DNA of 64,000 bases from Thermoplasmata archaeon (GCA_034667685.1 JAXDQU010000025.1:1-64000); one strand, 5' to 3'; shown: positions 1 through 10,232, counted from the stretch's first letter. Numbers and translations are program-made. Notes: generated from the letters alone by a model not told the origin.

Positions 1-71
1 AGACCCGGATCACGACTTCCTCGTCGTGATCCGGGTCTTCGTGATTCGGGATTTTCCCCGCCGGAGGCGGC
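1..71. repeat. REP/MITE-like palindrome, family R1 (left arm cut by window edge)
   Basis: AGACCCGGATCACGAC...GTCGTGATCCGGGTCTTCGTGATTCGGGATTTTCCCCGCCGGAGGCGGC is near-identical to the right arm of the hairpin at 55560-55664. Confidence 0.8.
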
Positions 72-588
72 CGCGCGGGCCGAAAACGCCAAGGTCCGCG
101 CCTGGCCGGGGTCGCGCATGGGCTACCGGCGCGCTCGCGATCACGTTCGGGCCCGCCGCCCGCTGGGGGCGGCTCGTCGTCGCGGGTCTCCTCGTCTTCT
201 TCCGCTCTTCGACCGCGCGTTCGGCTCGCACGCCGACCCGCGCGAGGTGGAGCCTTCGCCCACCGTGCGAACGCTGACGCCCAGCGAGGAGCAGCGGGAA
301 TGGATGCGGCGCTGAGGCCCCCCGCACAGTTTATCCACGACGTCGCCTTGTCGGGTTTCGCGCGGGGCGCCAAGGCAGCCCCGGAGACCTTCGTTTCCGA
401 TGGAAGGGCCGAAGGCAGCTGAAGCCCCTCTTTTCCGTTGGAGCGGCAGCCTCTCCGCCACCGTTGTTTTCGCAGCACCACGCTCCACCGGAGGTCCCGA
501 TCCGCACCGGAACCAAGGGGGTTTTTCCGGCGGGGACCGCCGAGCGTCCCAGCAGGTCCATAAACCAGCCGGGTCTCATGGCGTCCCC

Positions 589-801
589 ATGCCCCCGCAG
601 AAGCCCGCGGAAAAGTCGTACACCATGAAGCACGCGCTGGCCGACGCCGCGAAGATGCTCCAGGAGCAGTTCGGCGGCGCGGCCGACCAGCACGCGACGG
701 TGGCGCTCGCCACGTTCCTCTATACTGCGCACGAGCGCGAGGAGTTCCTCAAGAACCGCCCCGAGGCCGACGGCACCGCCTACGGCGCGCCGTTCCGATA
801 G
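589..801 (+). CDS. small hypothetical protein (70 aa)
   Basis: ATG at 589 about 25 nt after a CATAAA box; host-like codon usage. Confidence 0.6.
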   Translation: MPPQKPAEKSYTMKHALADAAKMLQEQFGGAADQHATVALATFLYTAHEREEFLKNRPEADGTAYGAPFR

Positions 802-997
802 CACGCTCCGTCGCACGCCGGCCCTGTCCGGCCTCGCTCCGGCTCGGCCTCCCGTCGGGCCGTCGTGCGACTCTGCGGCAGGGGGCTGCGCGCCCCCTGC
901 ACCCCGCGCCAGGGGAGGACCCCTGGACCCCCCTGTGGGCGACCCAGGCCGGGGGGCGCGCGGAAAGGCTCTTCTCCCGGCCTGGGATGGGCGTCGC

Positions 998-1870
998 GTG
1001 GCGCGTCTCGCGACCGTGCTCGAGTTCCTCAAGATCGAGCACACGCTCTTCGCGCTGCCCTTCGTGCTCGCCGGCATGCTCGTGGGCATGGGCACCCTGG
1101 GCGCGCTCGCCACCGCGGCGGGCCTGCGGACGTTCCTGCTCGTCCTGGTCGCGGCCGCCGGCGCGCGGACGCTGGGCATGACGCTCAACCGCATCGTGGA
1201 CCGCGCCATCGACGCGCGCAACCCGCGCACCGCGACGCGCGCGCTCCCCGCCGGCGCGATGAGCCTGCGCGCGGCGATCCTGCTCGCGCTCGTCGCCCTC
1301 GTCGCGCTGCTCGTCGCCAGCGCGCTGCTCAATCCCCTCGTCCTCGCGCTGAGCCCCATCCTGGCGCTGCTCTTCTTCGCGTACCCCTACGCCAAGCGCG
1401 TGACGTGGCTCTGCCACTTCGTGCTGGGCCTCGCGTTCCTCTGCGCGCCCGCGGGCGGCTACCTGGCCGTCACGGGCTCGTTCACGGGCTGGCTGCGCGT
1501 GCTGCCGCTCTCGCTCGCGGCGATGGCGTGGGTCGCGGGCTTCGATATCATCTACGCGCTGCTCGACGTCCCGTTCGACCGCATGCACGGCGTCCGCAGC
1601 CTCCCCGCGGCGTTCGGCGAGCCCACCGCGCGCCGCGTCGCGCTCGCCCTCCACGTGCTCACCGTCCTGCTGCTGGCCGTCTTCGCGCGCGTCCAGGGCC
1701 TCGCGTGGCCCATGTGGCTCGCGGTCATCGCCATCGGCGCGCTGCTCGCCTACGAGCACGCGAGCGTGGACCCCGCCGACCCGGTCGCGATCAACAAGGC
1801 GTTCTTCCAGGTCAACGCGGTCGTCGGCTGGGTCGCGCTCGCCGGCCTCGTCGCCGCCTTCCTCGTGTAG
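998..1870 (+). CDS. UbiA-family prenyltransferase (MqnP-like, menaquinone)
   Basis: KIEHTLFALPF, NRIVDRAIDARNPRT and GFDIIYALLD motifs; multi-TM; close to mqn genes; GTG start inferred. Confidence 0.85.
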   Translation: MARLATVLEFLKIEHTLFALPFVLAGMLVGMGTLGALATAAGLRTFLLVLVAAAGARTLGMTLNRIVDRAIDARNPRTATRALPAGAMSLRAAILLALVALVALLVASALLNPLVLALSPILALLFFAYPYAKRVTWLCHFVLGLAFLCAPAGGYLAVTGSFTGWLRVLPLSLAAMAWVAGFDIIYALLDVPFDRMHGVRSLPAAFGEPTARRVALALHVLTVLLLAVFARVQGLAWPMWLAVIAIGALLAYEHASVDPADPVAINKAFFQVNAVVGWVALAGLVAAFLV

Positions 1871-1933
1871 CCGCCGTGACAGACACACGCTCTGGCGAGA
1901 AACCGCATGGCGCGCACGGGCGCTCGCCGCGCG

Positions 1934-2452
1934 ATGCGCTTCGCGGCCCTTCTCCTCACGCTCCTTCTCGCCGCGGGCTTCGCGGGCGCCGGCGCCGCCA
2001 CGGGCTTCGTGAGCAGCAACAACCTCTGCCAGCCGCTCCTGGTCGTGGGCATCTCGCCCCCCGCGCCGTGCCCGAACGTCGCGCAGCAGGGGAGCGCCAC
2101 CGCGCTGGGCTGCGACCTCGCGGGCCGCTGCCAGGTGAGCGTCTCCGACGTGGGCACGGGCCAGGGCCTCGTCGTCACGAAGCGCCAGATGAGCGTCCGC
2201 GCGCAGGTCAACGACCTCTCCGAGCCCGCGGTCCAGCTCTGCGCCGTGTGGGCGGAGTCCGGCGACGTCTCGTGCGGCGGCAGCGCGACGCTGAGCCTCC
2301 CCGTCGCTCCGGGCTCGTGCACGCGCTTCCGCGTCGAGGCCGCGATGGAGGAGATCGGCGACGACGTCGTCCACGTGCTCGACGTCAATACGGCCTTCGC
2401 GCTCGACCTCTGCAACGACGGCTTCGGCGCGGCGCACGTGGAATACGCCTGA
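1934..2452 (+). CDS. secreted Cys-rich hypothetical protein
   Basis: signal peptide MRFAALLLTLLLAAGFAGAGA followed by several Cys. Confidence 0.7.
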   Translation: MRFAALLLTLLLAAGFAGAGAATGFVSSNNLCQPLLVVGISPPAPCPNVAQQGSATALGCDLAGRCQVSVSDVGTGQGLVVTKRQMSVRAQVNDLSEPAVQLCAVWAESGDVSCGGSATLSLPVAPGSCTRFRVEAAMEEIGDDVVHVLDVNTAFALDLCNDGFGAAHVEYA

Positions 2453-2460
2453 TGGCCACG

Positions 2461-2548
2461 GGGCTCAGGGCTCTGGACTCGGGACTCTGGGCTCCCGGTC
2501 GGCTCGCGCCCGGAGAGCCCTGAGCCCCGAGTCCAGAGCCCGAGCCCC
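2461..2548. repeat. palindrome built from heptamer repeats, family R2
   Basis: (GGRCTCN)x5, spacer, then (NGAGYCC)-type units; lies between convergent genes; second copy at 11429-11518. Confidence 0.75.
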
Positions 2549-2552
2549 ACGT

Positions 2553-3761
2553 TCAGGACGGATTCGTCTCCGCGCCTGCCGACCCGATGCGGATCGGCAC
2601 GCCGCGCCCGCGGTTGCCAACTTTCCCCAGGTGCACGCCGATCGTCCCCGAGGCGGGGCGTTCGTCGGGCGTCGCCTCGTCGAAGCGGCGCAGGAGGTTG
2701 TAGTACGTGTCGCGCTGCGCGGGGACGTAGCCGCCCTCGCGGATGTAACGCCGGGCCGCGGGCGGGTCCATGCCGAAGAGCGTGCCGGCCGCGCTGATGA
2801 CGTTCTCCTCCATGAGCACGCCGCCCCAGTCGTTGGCGCCGCAGGCGAGCGCGACCTGCGCGATCTTGGGGCCCTCCGTGACCCAGCCGCTCTGGACGTT
2901 GCGCACGTTGTCCAGGTAGAGCCTGCTGAGCGCGATCACGCGGAGATAGTCCTCCGTGGTCGCGTGGCTCACCTTCATGCGCGTGCTGCCGTCGGTCTTG
3001 AACGTCCACGGGATGAAGGCGGTGAACCCGCGCTGCCCGATCGCGTCGGCCTGGTCCTGCACGGCGCGGACGCGGTCGAGGTGCTCGACGCGGTGGGCCC
3101 ACGTCTCGCCCATGCCGAACATCATCGTCGCGGTGCTCGTCATGCCGAGCTCGTGGCACTCGTGGTGGATCTCCATGTACTGCGCGGAGCGGGTCTTCAG
3201 CGGCGAGACGCGGTCGCGGATCTCGTCGCTCATGATCTCCATGCCGCCGCCCGGCAGCGACTTGAGGCCCGCCTCGCGGAAGCGCTCGATCGTCTCGCGG
3301 AACGTGAGCCCCTCCTGCTTGGCGTAGAACTCGATCTCGGTCGCGGTGAGCGAGTGGACGTCCACCGTGGGATATCGTTCGCGCACGGCGCGGAAGAGGT
3401 CGAGCAGGTAGCTCATGGGCAGGTCGGGGTTGAGGCCGCCCTGGAGGAGGACTTGCGTGCCGCCCATCGCGACGAGCGGCGCGATCTTCTCCAGCACCTG
3501 CTCGATGCGCAGCGTGTACGCGTCCTTCTCCTTGCCCGTGCGGTAGAAGCCGCAGAAGTCGCAAAGGACGTTGCACACGTTGGTGTAGTTGATGTTGCGG
3601 TCGACGACGTACGTCACGACGCGCGGGTCGGTCACCGCGTTGCGGCGCGCGTTCGCCGCGGCCGCGAGGTCGAGGAACGGCGCCTGCGCGATGGCGACGC
3701 CTTCCTCGGGCGTGAGGCGGCCTCCCGCCACGGCCTTGTCGAGCAGCGCCTGCACGCTCAT
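2553..3761 (-). CDS. mqnC: cyclic dehypoxanthinyl futalosine synthase (radical SAM)
   Basis: VVDRNINYTNVCNVLCDFC, LLQGGLNP, TATMMFG, AFIPW, GANDWGGVLMEENV; start overlaps the mqnA stop (ATGA). Confidence 0.9.
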   Translation of the reverse strand: MSVQALLDKAVAGGRLTPEEGVAIAQAPFLDLAAAANARRNAVTDPRVVTYVVDRNINYTNVCNVLCDFCGFYRTGKEKDAYTLRIEQVLEKIAPLVAMGGTQVLLQGGLNPDLPMSYLLDLFRAVRERYPTVDVHSLTATEIEFYAKQEGLTFRETIERFREAGLKSLPGGGMEIMSDEIRDRVSPLKTRSAQYMEIHHECHELGMTSTATMMFGMGETWAHRVEHLDRVRAVQDQADAIGQRGFTAFIPWTFKTDGSTRMKVSHATTEDYLRVIALSRLYLDNVRNVQSGWVTEGPKIAQVALACGANDWGGVLMEENVISAAGTLFGMDPPAARRYIREGGYVPAQRDTYYNLLRRFDEATPDERPASGTIGVHLGKVGNRGRGVPIRIGSAGAETNPS

Positions 3762-4594
3762 GGCGCGACCTCCAGGGGCGCCAGCTTGGGCACGCGGTCG
3801 AGCGCGCCCACCTTCCTGGCCAGCTCGAAGTAGCGCGCGAGGCCCGCGAGCTTGGGCGCGTCGAGGTCGTAGTTGAGGTCGCGGAAGTAGCGCTCCATGA
3901 ACGCGCGCGGGAGGAAGAGCTTCCTGCGCGCGTGCTCCACGATGGGCGCGCGGTTCGCGCGGCCCCACGCCTTCGACGCGAGGAGCGCGTGGTGCGCGGC
4001 GCGCAGGTCCTCCGGGTGCCGGCGCGCGAAGTCCTTGCGCGCGGCCCACACGGCGAAGACCATCGGCGTGCCCGTCCAGCGCGTCCACTCGTCGGCCAGG
4101 TCGAGGCGCCCGAGGTTGGGATAGGCGAGCGAGGCGCGCAGCGCGGCGTCGCCGATGAGCAGGATGCCGTCGTAGGCGTGGCCGATCTCCTCGGGGTCCG
4201 CGTCGCCCTGCACGAGCTGCGCGTCGAGGCCGAGGCGCTCCTTCATGAGGATCTGGAGCAGCACGACGCTCGTGGCGCTCTCCCCGGTGACGCACACCTT
4301 GCCGCCCCGGAGCGACTCGACGCCGTTCCGGAAGAAGAGCGACACGCTGTGCACGAAGCCCGTGCTGTTGATCGAGAGGCCTGGCAGCAGGTCGAGCGAG
4401 TCGCCTTGCTGCGCGAACGCCACGCTGGAGACGGGGCTCACGTCGAGCTGGCCCGCGGCGAGCTGCGCGTTGAGCGTCGTGGGCGGCGCCTTCACGAGGC
4501 CCATGCCCGGCGGCATCGGGACCGCGCCGGTCTCCAGGCCGTAGTAGACGGGGAGCGAGTTGAGATAATCGATGTATCCCACGCGGACGGCCAT
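3758..4594 (-). CDS. mqnA: chorismate dehydratase (futalosine pathway)
   Basis: RVGYIDYLNSLP, SATSVVL, LLIGDAAL, DLADEW...TGTPMVFAVW. Confidence 0.9.
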   Translation of the reverse strand: MAVRVGYIDYLNSLPVYYGLETGAVPMPPGMGLVKAPPTTLNAQLAAGQLDVSPVSSVAFAQQGDSLDLLPGLSINSTGFVHSVSLFFRNGVESLRGGKVCVTGESATSVVLLQILMKERLGLDAQLVQGDADPEEIGHAYDGILLIGDAALRASLAYPNLGRLDLADEWTRWTGTPMVFAVWAARKDFARRHPEDLRAAHHALLASKAWGRANRAPIVEHARRKLFLPRAFMERYFRDLNYDLDAPKLAGLARYFELARKVGALDRVPKLAPLEVAP

Positions 4595-5710
4595 TCAGCT
4601 CACCGCCAGCGGCGTCAATTCGCGCGGGATCGGGTGATAGCTTCCGAAGGCGTACTCGGGCTCGAAGCCGGCCTGCGTGATCAGCGGCGTGAGGTCCTCC
4701 TTCTTGACGAAGGCCCACGTCCGCCCGCCCGCGGCCTGGAGGATGCGCTCCTCGAACGCCGCGCCGCCGATGTCGTCGACGCCGAAGTGGAGCGCGACCT
4801 GCGCCATGGGCTTGCCCACGGTCACCCACGGGAGCTTGACGTGGCTCACGTTGTCCAGGTAGAGGCGCGCGACCGCCATCATGCGCAGCGTGTCGAACGC
4901 GCTCGGGCCCGTCGCGCCGGTCTTGGCGTGCAGCTCCGTGTTCTCGGGGTTCCACGCAAGGCCAAGGAAGGCGTTGAAGCCGTGCGTGCGGTCCTGCAGG
5001 TCGCGGACGCGGCGCAGGTGGTCGATGCGCTCCTCCATCGTCTCGACGTGGCCGTAGAGGATGCTGACGTTGGTCGGGATGCCCAGGGCGTGCGCCGTCT
5101 CGTGGACCTCCAGGAACCGATCCCCGGCGATCTTCGTCGCGAGCATCCGCTTGCGGGCATCCGGGTGGAAGACCTCGGCCCCGCCGCCGGGGATCGAATC
5201 GAGGCCCGCCGCGCGCAGGCGCAGGAGCGTGTCGCGGATCGATATCTTCTCGCGCTTGGCGAGGAAGTCCACCTCGACGCCGGTCATGCCCTGGATGTGC
5301 GTGCCGGGGGCGACGCGCTTGAGCATGCGGAACATCTGCTCGAAGTAGGCGAGGTCGCATTCGGGCGTCAGCCCTCCGACGACGTGCCATTCGTTGACGC
5401 CGGCGCGGTAGGCGGCCTTGGCCTTCTCCTCGACCTCCTCCAGGCTCATGAGGTAGGCCTTCTCGCTGCCGCTCTTGGCGAAGAACGCGCAGAAGCCGCA
5501 GTCGGCGGCGCAGATGTTGGTGTGGTTGACGTTGAGGTCGGTGCGCGTGTAGACCTTGTTGCCGTGGCGCTTGACGCGCTCGCGGTGGGCGAGCCTGCCC
5601 AGCGCGACGACGTCCTGGACGTGGAAGAGGTCGAGCGCCTCCTCGTCGGTGATCCGCTCGCCTTGGGCGAGCTTGCGCTCCACGTTCGCGAGGAGGGCCG
5701 CGTCGCTCAT
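4595..5710 (-). CDS. mqnE: aminodeoxyfutalosine synthase (radical SAM)
   Basis: NHTNICAADCGFCAF, SIPGGGAEV, LYGHVET..ERIDHL..RDLQD, ARLYLDN. Confidence 0.85.
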   Translation of the reverse strand: MSDAALLANVERKLAQGERITDEEALDLFHVQDVVALGRLAHRERVKRHGNKVYTRTDLNVNHTNICAADCGFCAFFAKSGSEKAYLMSLEEVEEKAKAAYRAGVNEWHVVGGLTPECDLAYFEQMFRMLKRVAPGTHIQGMTGVEVDFLAKREKISIRDTLLRLRAAGLDSIPGGGAEVFHPDARKRMLATKIAGDRFLEVHETAHALGIPTNVSILYGHVETMEERIDHLRRVRDLQDRTHGFNAFLGLAWNPENTELHAKTGATGPSAFDTLRMMAVARLYLDNVSHVKLPWVTVGKPMAQVALHFGVDDIGGAAFEERILQAAGGRTWAFVKKEDLTPLITQAGFEPEYAFGSYHPIPRELTPLAVS

Positions 5711-5767
5711 CAGCCGCGGGGAGGGGGCATCGGCTTTTAAGGGTTCTACCCTCGCGACAACCTGTCT

Positions 5768-6601
5768 TCAGTGGGCGTGGGGCGCCGCGACGTCCGCGAG
5801 GGGACCGACGACCACCGGGAGCGCGCCGCGCACGAGCGCCATGATCTTGCCATCGAGGCTGCCGGCGGGGGCGGGCGTCCAGGTCCAGTCGATCCCGCCC
5901 TCCCCGGCTGCCTGGTCCAGGGGCGCCACGCGGCAGAGCGAGTCGCTGAGCACGACCATGGCGCCGGCGCGGAAGCCGCGGCGCTTGGCGACGGCGAGGA
6001 GGCCCGCGCTCTCCATCTCGACCGCGTGGACGCCGCGCGCGCGGTAGGCCTTGGCCTTCTTGACCGTCTCCCGGTAGGGCGTGTCCGTGGTCCACACGGT
6101 GCCGCACTGGTAGGCCGCGTCGGGGTCCTCGGAGAGCGAGCCCTCCAGCGCGGACTTCATGATCGGCGCCGCGAGGACCTCGTCCGTGGTCTCCAGGTAC
6201 GCGCGGCTCGTGCCGTCCTCGCCGATCGCGCGCTCGACGACCACGATGTCGCCGCTCTGGAGCAGCGGGTGGACGATGCCCGCGAAGCCGATGCCCACGA
6301 ACGTGTCGACGCCGCAGGCGTGGAGCTTGTCGGCCACGAGCGCGGTCGCGGGGGCGCCGATGCCGGGGTTGACGAGGATGAACGGCTCGCCGGCCCACGT
6401 GCCGCGGTAGAGCTTCGCGACGCCCGCCTTCAGGTCGGTGGGCTTGGCGTGCGAGAACTGGCGCGCGACCTCGAAGAGCGGCTCGCCCCACGTGAAGAGC
6501 GCGCGCGTGGGCACCGAGCCGGGCGCCACCTGCGCGCCGCCGTGCTCCGCGCGCCGCTTGAGGCCCGAGAGGGGGGTGACAAGCTCTCGGTCGTCGTCCA
6601 T
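5768..6601 (-). CDS. nucleoside phosphorylase (PNP/UDP family)
   Basis: GIGAPA, GIGFAG, VWTTDTPYRET, AVEMESA, VLSD motifs. Confidence 0.85.
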   Translation of the reverse strand: MDDDRELVTPLSGLKRRAEHGGAQVAPGSVPTRALFTWGEPLFEVARQFSHAKPTDLKAGVAKLYRGTWAGEPFILVNPGIGAPATALVADKLHACGVDTFVGIGFAGIVHPLLQSGDIVVVERAIGEDGTSRAYLETTDEVLAAPIMKSALEGSLSEDPDAAYQCGTVWTTDTPYRETVKKAKAYRARGVHAVEMESAGLLAVAKRRGFRAGAMVVLSDSLCRVAPLDQAAGEGGIDWTWTPAPAGSLDGKIMALVRGALPVVVGPLADVAAPHAH

Positions 6602-6740
6602 GCCCGCGGAATCAGCGCCCGCCTCTTATGTCTATGGTGAACGCCGTCGGGCCGCATCCTCTGGGACCTCTGTGTCCTCTGTGGCCGGAGCCGGATGGGG
6701 AAGGGACAAATCCTTGCGCAGGGGCAGGCTTGGCGAGGCG

Positions 6741-7562
6741 ATGGCCTTCGAGCCCGAAGCGGCCCGACGACAGCTCGTGGACTTCCTGCGCACCTACGCG
6801 CACGAGGCGGGCGCCGGGGGTTACGTGCTTGGCGTCTCGGGCGGCGTGGACTCCGCGCTCGTCGCCGCGCTCGCGAAGGAGGCCGTCGGCGCCCAGAACG
6901 TCCTCGGCCTGCTGCTGCCGCACGCGACCTCCGATCCGCAGGACGCGGCGCACGGCGAGCTCGTCTGCCGCCACCTGGGGATCCCCTTCGAGCGCGTCGA
7001 CGTCACGCCCATCGTCGCCGCGGCCGAGGCCGCGTGCGCGGCGCACAAGCCCACCGGCATGGGCGCGCACAACCTGCGCCCGCGCGCCCGCATGATGGTG
7101 CTCTACGCGCACGCCGCGGCCACGGGCAAGCTCGTCGCGGGCACGGGCAACAAGAGCGAGCTGCTCACGGGCTACTTCACGAAGTGGGGCGATGGCGCCG
7201 CCGACGTCTACCCGCTGGGCGACCTCTACAAGACCGAGGTGTGGGCGCTCGCCAAGCACGCCGGCCTTCCGGACGAGATCGTGCTCAAGCCTCCGACCGC
7301 GGGCCTCTTCGCGGGGCAGACCGACGAGGGCGAGATGGGCATCCGCTACGCGGACCTCGACAAGGTGCTCGTGGAGCTCGAAGGCGGGCACGATGCCGCG
7401 ACGGCCGCGCGCCGCAGCGGCGTGCCCCTGGAGACCGTGCGCAAGGTCGAGGCGCGCGTCCTCGCGGGCGCCCACAAGCGCAACCCGCTCGTGATCCCCA
7501 AGATGGGCTTCCGCACGCCCGGCTGGGACTGGCGCGAGCCGCGAAGGAGGGCGCAGCCGTGA
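6741..7562 (+). CDS. nadE: NH3-dependent NAD+ synthetase
   Basis: GVSGGVDSA, NLRPRARM, GTGNKSE..GYFTKWGDG, PTAGLFAGQTDE. Confidence 0.95.
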   Translation: MAFEPEAARRQLVDFLRTYAHEAGAGGYVLGVSGGVDSALVAALAKEAVGAQNVLGLLLPHATSDPQDAAHGELVCRHLGIPFERVDVTPIVAAAEAACAAHKPTGMGAHNLRPRARMMVLYAHAAATGKLVAGTGNKSELLTGYFTKWGDGAADVYPLGDLYKTEVWALAKHAGLPDEIVLKPPTAGLFAGQTDEGEMGIRYADLDKVLVELEGGHDAATAARRSGVPLETVRKVEARVLAGAHKRNPLVIPKMGFRTPGWDWREPRRRAQP

Positions 7563-8080
7563 GGCGCGTGCTGGCGATCAGCGGCTCGCCGCGCGAGAAG
7601 GGCAACACGACCGTGCTCCTCGACGAGGCGCTCAAGGCCATCAAGGGGCGCTGCGAGACCGAGGTCGTGGCGCTCGCGGACCATGGCGCGCCGGGCCGGC
7701 GCGACGCGGGCGCGTTTGATATCATCACGGCGAAGATGCGCGCCGCGGACGCGATCCTCCTGGGCACGCCCAGCCACTTCGGCATGCCCGCGGCGCGGCT
7801 CAAGGCGCTCCTCGACGCGACGTGGGACGACGCGCGCCGCGGCGCCTTCGAGGGCAAGGTGGGCGCCGCGCTCGCCGTGGAGTCGGAGAGCGGGGGCGAG
7901 CTGGCGTGCATGGGGCTCGCGCACTTCTTCGCCGTCCACCGCATGGCGTTCGTCGGCTACGTCGTGGGCCGCGCGGCGCGCGAGGGCGAGATCCTCATGG
8001 ACCTCAAGGCGACGCGCGACGCGCGGGCGCTGGCGAGCCGCGTGGCCGACTATCTCGAAGCGATCCCGCCACGGCGCTGA
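7559..8080 (+). CDS. flavodoxin-fold NADPH-dependent FMN reductase family protein
   Basis: ISGSPREKGNT and ADAILLGTPSH; GTG start overlaps the nadE stop. Confidence 0.8.
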   Translation: MRRVLAISGSPREKGNTTVLLDEALKAIKGRCETEVVALADHGAPGRRDAGAFDIITAKMRAADAILLGTPSHFGMPAARLKALLDATWDDARRGAFEGKVGAALAVESESGGELACMGLAHFFAVHRMAFVGYVVGRAAREGEILMDLKATRDARALASRVADYLEAIPPRR

Positions 8081-8111
8081 GTTCAAGCGGCGGGTCGCCT
8101 GTTACTCCGTG

Positions 8112-8858
8112 ATGGCGGATATCGTCTCTCACCTTCGGCGCACGATCCGGCAGCGGCGCATCGAGACCGAGGCCGACACGGAGGAGAGCGCCCGCGCCTT
8201 CCTCGCCATCCGCAAGGCGTTGGGCTACCTGGCGCTCTGGCTGCCCGCGGTCCTGCTCGTGGTCGCGCTGGTGGGCCGCGACTTCCGCCCCTCCATGAGC
8301 GCCTTCTACTACAACGGCGGGCGCACGCCCTTGGTCGGGACGCTCTTCGCCATCGGCGTCTTCTTCCTGGCATACACGGGGCACCGGAAGGAGCCGGGCG
8401 AGGCCTTCGCGCCGGACTTCTGGGTCTCGAAGCTGGCCGGCGTGGCGGTCCTCATAGTGGCCTTCGTGCCCACCCAGGCGCCAAGCCCCGACCTCGCGCC
8501 GTGGCCCTACACGGCCTCCAACGGGGGGCTGCTCCAGGCCGTCCACACGGGCTCGGCGGTCGTGTTCTTCGGATGCCTCGCCTTCTTCTCCATCGTCCTG
8601 TTCCGGCGGGGCGACGAGTCGGCCCCGGGCAAGCGGGCGCGCAACCGCATCTACCTCGCGTGCGGCTGGCTCATCGTCTTGGCCATCCTCGCCATCGCCG
8701 TCCTCGGCTGGGCCACCCACGGCGCGCCCGACCAGGTGGGCTCGCGCCTCCACCCGACCTTCTGGCTGGAGACGGTGGCCGTGCTGGCCTTCGCCGTGTC
8801 GTGGCTCACCAAGGGCAAGTCCGTCCTCGTGGTTCTCCTGGAGCGCGTCAGCGGCTGA
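8112..8858 (+). CDS. multi-pass membrane protein (DUF998-like)
   Basis: about 6 TM segments; SMSAFYY, VHTGSA and FWLETVA motifs. Confidence 0.65.
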   Translation: MADIVSHLRRTIRQRRIETEADTEESARAFLAIRKALGYLALWLPAVLLVVALVGRDFRPSMSAFYYNGGRTPLVGTLFAIGVFFLAYTGHRKEPGEAFAPDFWVSKLAGVAVLIVAFVPTQAPSPDLAPWPYTASNGGLLQAVHTGSAVVFFGCLAFFSIVLFRRGDESAPGKRARNRIYLACGWLIVLAILAIAVLGWATHGAPDQVGSRLHPTFWLETVAVLAFAVSWLTKGKSVLVVLLERVSG

Positions 8859-9852
8859 ACTCCACCGTCGTCTCGCCCGCGTCGCACGTGGCGCTCATGC
8901 CTTTGCGGACCCACGCGTGGCCGTGGGGGCAGGTCGCCTTCGCGAAGAATCGGTCGAGCCAGGCCTCGGCGAGCACGCGGTCGTCGCGCGTCTGGGCCGC
9001 CGCGCCGAACTTGCGCACCTCGTCGAGGATGCGGCGCGTCTCCGGCGTCGTGGCGTAGGGGGCGAGCTTCTCGGGGTCGGGCATGCCGCGCGCGCTGCCC
9101 ACCGTGGCGAAGCGCGGGTCGGTACGCGGCAGCGTGTAGGCGAAGGCGAGGCCCACGAGGAATCCGGCGAAGTGGCCCCACCACGCGATGCCGGTGCCCC
9201 CGCCCAGCGAGTCGCTGAGCGCGTAGACGAGGTTGAAGCCCAGGAAGATCAGCAGCACGACGAACGCGGGGAGCGTGACGAAGAAGAAGAGCAGCAGGAT
9301 CGGCAGCGGGTCCTTGGGGTGGCGGATGGCGAACGTGCTGAGCACCGCGAAGATGGCGCCCGAGGCGCCGATGGCGAGCGCGTTCATCGGCACGATGGCG
9401 GGCACGGCGAAGGCGAGGAGCGTGTGGGCCGCGAGCGCGACGAAGCCGCCCGCGAAGAACACCACGAGGAACTTGCGCTCGCCGATGCGCTCCTCCAGCG
9501 CGGGGCCGGCGGCGACGAGGATGAGCAGGTTGCCGAAGATGTGGAGCTGGAAGACCGAGCCGCCGCTGGGCGGCGCGTGGGTGAAGATGCTGGTCAGCGG
9601 CGTCCACCACGCCCCCTGCTCGATGCCCCTCACCGAGTAGCCCAGCTCCTGCTGCGTGCCGCCTTGCCCCGCGAGGCGCGAGACGAAGTCCAGCACGAAG
9701 ACGCCCACCATGATGAGCCCCAGCCCGTAGGCCTTCGGGACGTTCCGGCGGAAGACGTAGGCGAGGCCCGCGACGATGCCGAAGAGCTGGAGCTGCGGGA
9801 TGACTCCGTTGGGCACCAAGGGCACGGCGCCGCGAGCCGGGGCGGCGGGCAT
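8848..9852 (-). CDS. rhomboid intramembrane serine protease with C-terminal Cys-containing domain
   Basis: TSIFTH..HIFGN, GASGAI catalytic Ser, HFAGFLVG catalytic His. Confidence 0.9.
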   Translation of the reverse strand: MPAAPARGAVPLVPNGVIPQLQLFGIVAGLAYVFRRNVPKAYGLGLIMVGVFVLDFVSRLAGQGGTQQELGYSVRGIEQGAWWTPLTSIFTHAPPSGGSVFQLHIFGNLLILVAAGPALEERIGERKFLVVFFAGGFVALAAHTLLAFAVPAIVPMNALAIGASGAIFAVLSTFAIRHPKDPLPILLLFFFVTLPAFVVLLIFLGFNLVYALSDSLGGGTGIAWWGHFAGFLVGLAFAYTLPRTDPRFATVGSARGMPDPEKLAPYATTPETRRILDEVRKFGAAAQTRDDRVLAEAWLDRFFAKATCPHGHAWVRKGMSATCDAGETTVEFSR

Positions 9853-9950
9853 CAGGCTTTCGAGGCCCACCGGCGCAGGTCCCCCAGGGTCCTCCGGGCG
9901 ACCGGACGCGCCGCAGGCTATCATACCACCGGCGCGCGGAGCAGGGGGGC

Positions 9951-10232
9951 ATGAGCCAGGAAATCACGCTCGTGCTGGGCGACGTCCTTCGGATCGAGCG
10001 GCGCTACCTCGTCGATGGCGTCGTCACGAAGGTCACGGACGAGGGGCGCTTCGCGGGCGTCCAGAGCGTCGGCACGAGCGAGCACCTGGTGCTGGAGGAC
10101 GACGCCAAGGCCGAAGTGCGCCTGTTCCCCTTGACCGCCATCAGCGAGATCACCCTCGTGCAGGCGCTTCCGAGGCAACCGAAGCCCGCGGCGGGCCCCG
10201 CGCCGGGCGCCTGGGACCCGGGCGTGGCCTAG
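9951..10232 (+). CDS. small hypothetical protein (beta-rich, possibly Sm-like)
   Basis: host-like codon usage; G-rich SD-like stretch upstream. Confidence 0.6.
   Translation: MSQEITLVLGDVLRIERRYLVDGVVTKVTDEGRFAGVQSVGTSEHLVLEDDAKAEVRLFPLTAISEITLVQALPRQPKPAAGPAPGAWDPGVA

Noticed and set aside
878-933. GGGGGCTGCGCGCCCCC...CCCCTGGACCCCC hairpin element
   Set aside because: Probably another intergenic repeat or terminator, but only one clear copy in the window
2553-6491. 1312-aa ORF as one giant protein
   Set aside because: Only the last 402 aa (MqnC) are real; the rest is an Arg/Gly/Pro-rich off-frame reading of mqnA, mqnE and the phosphorylase
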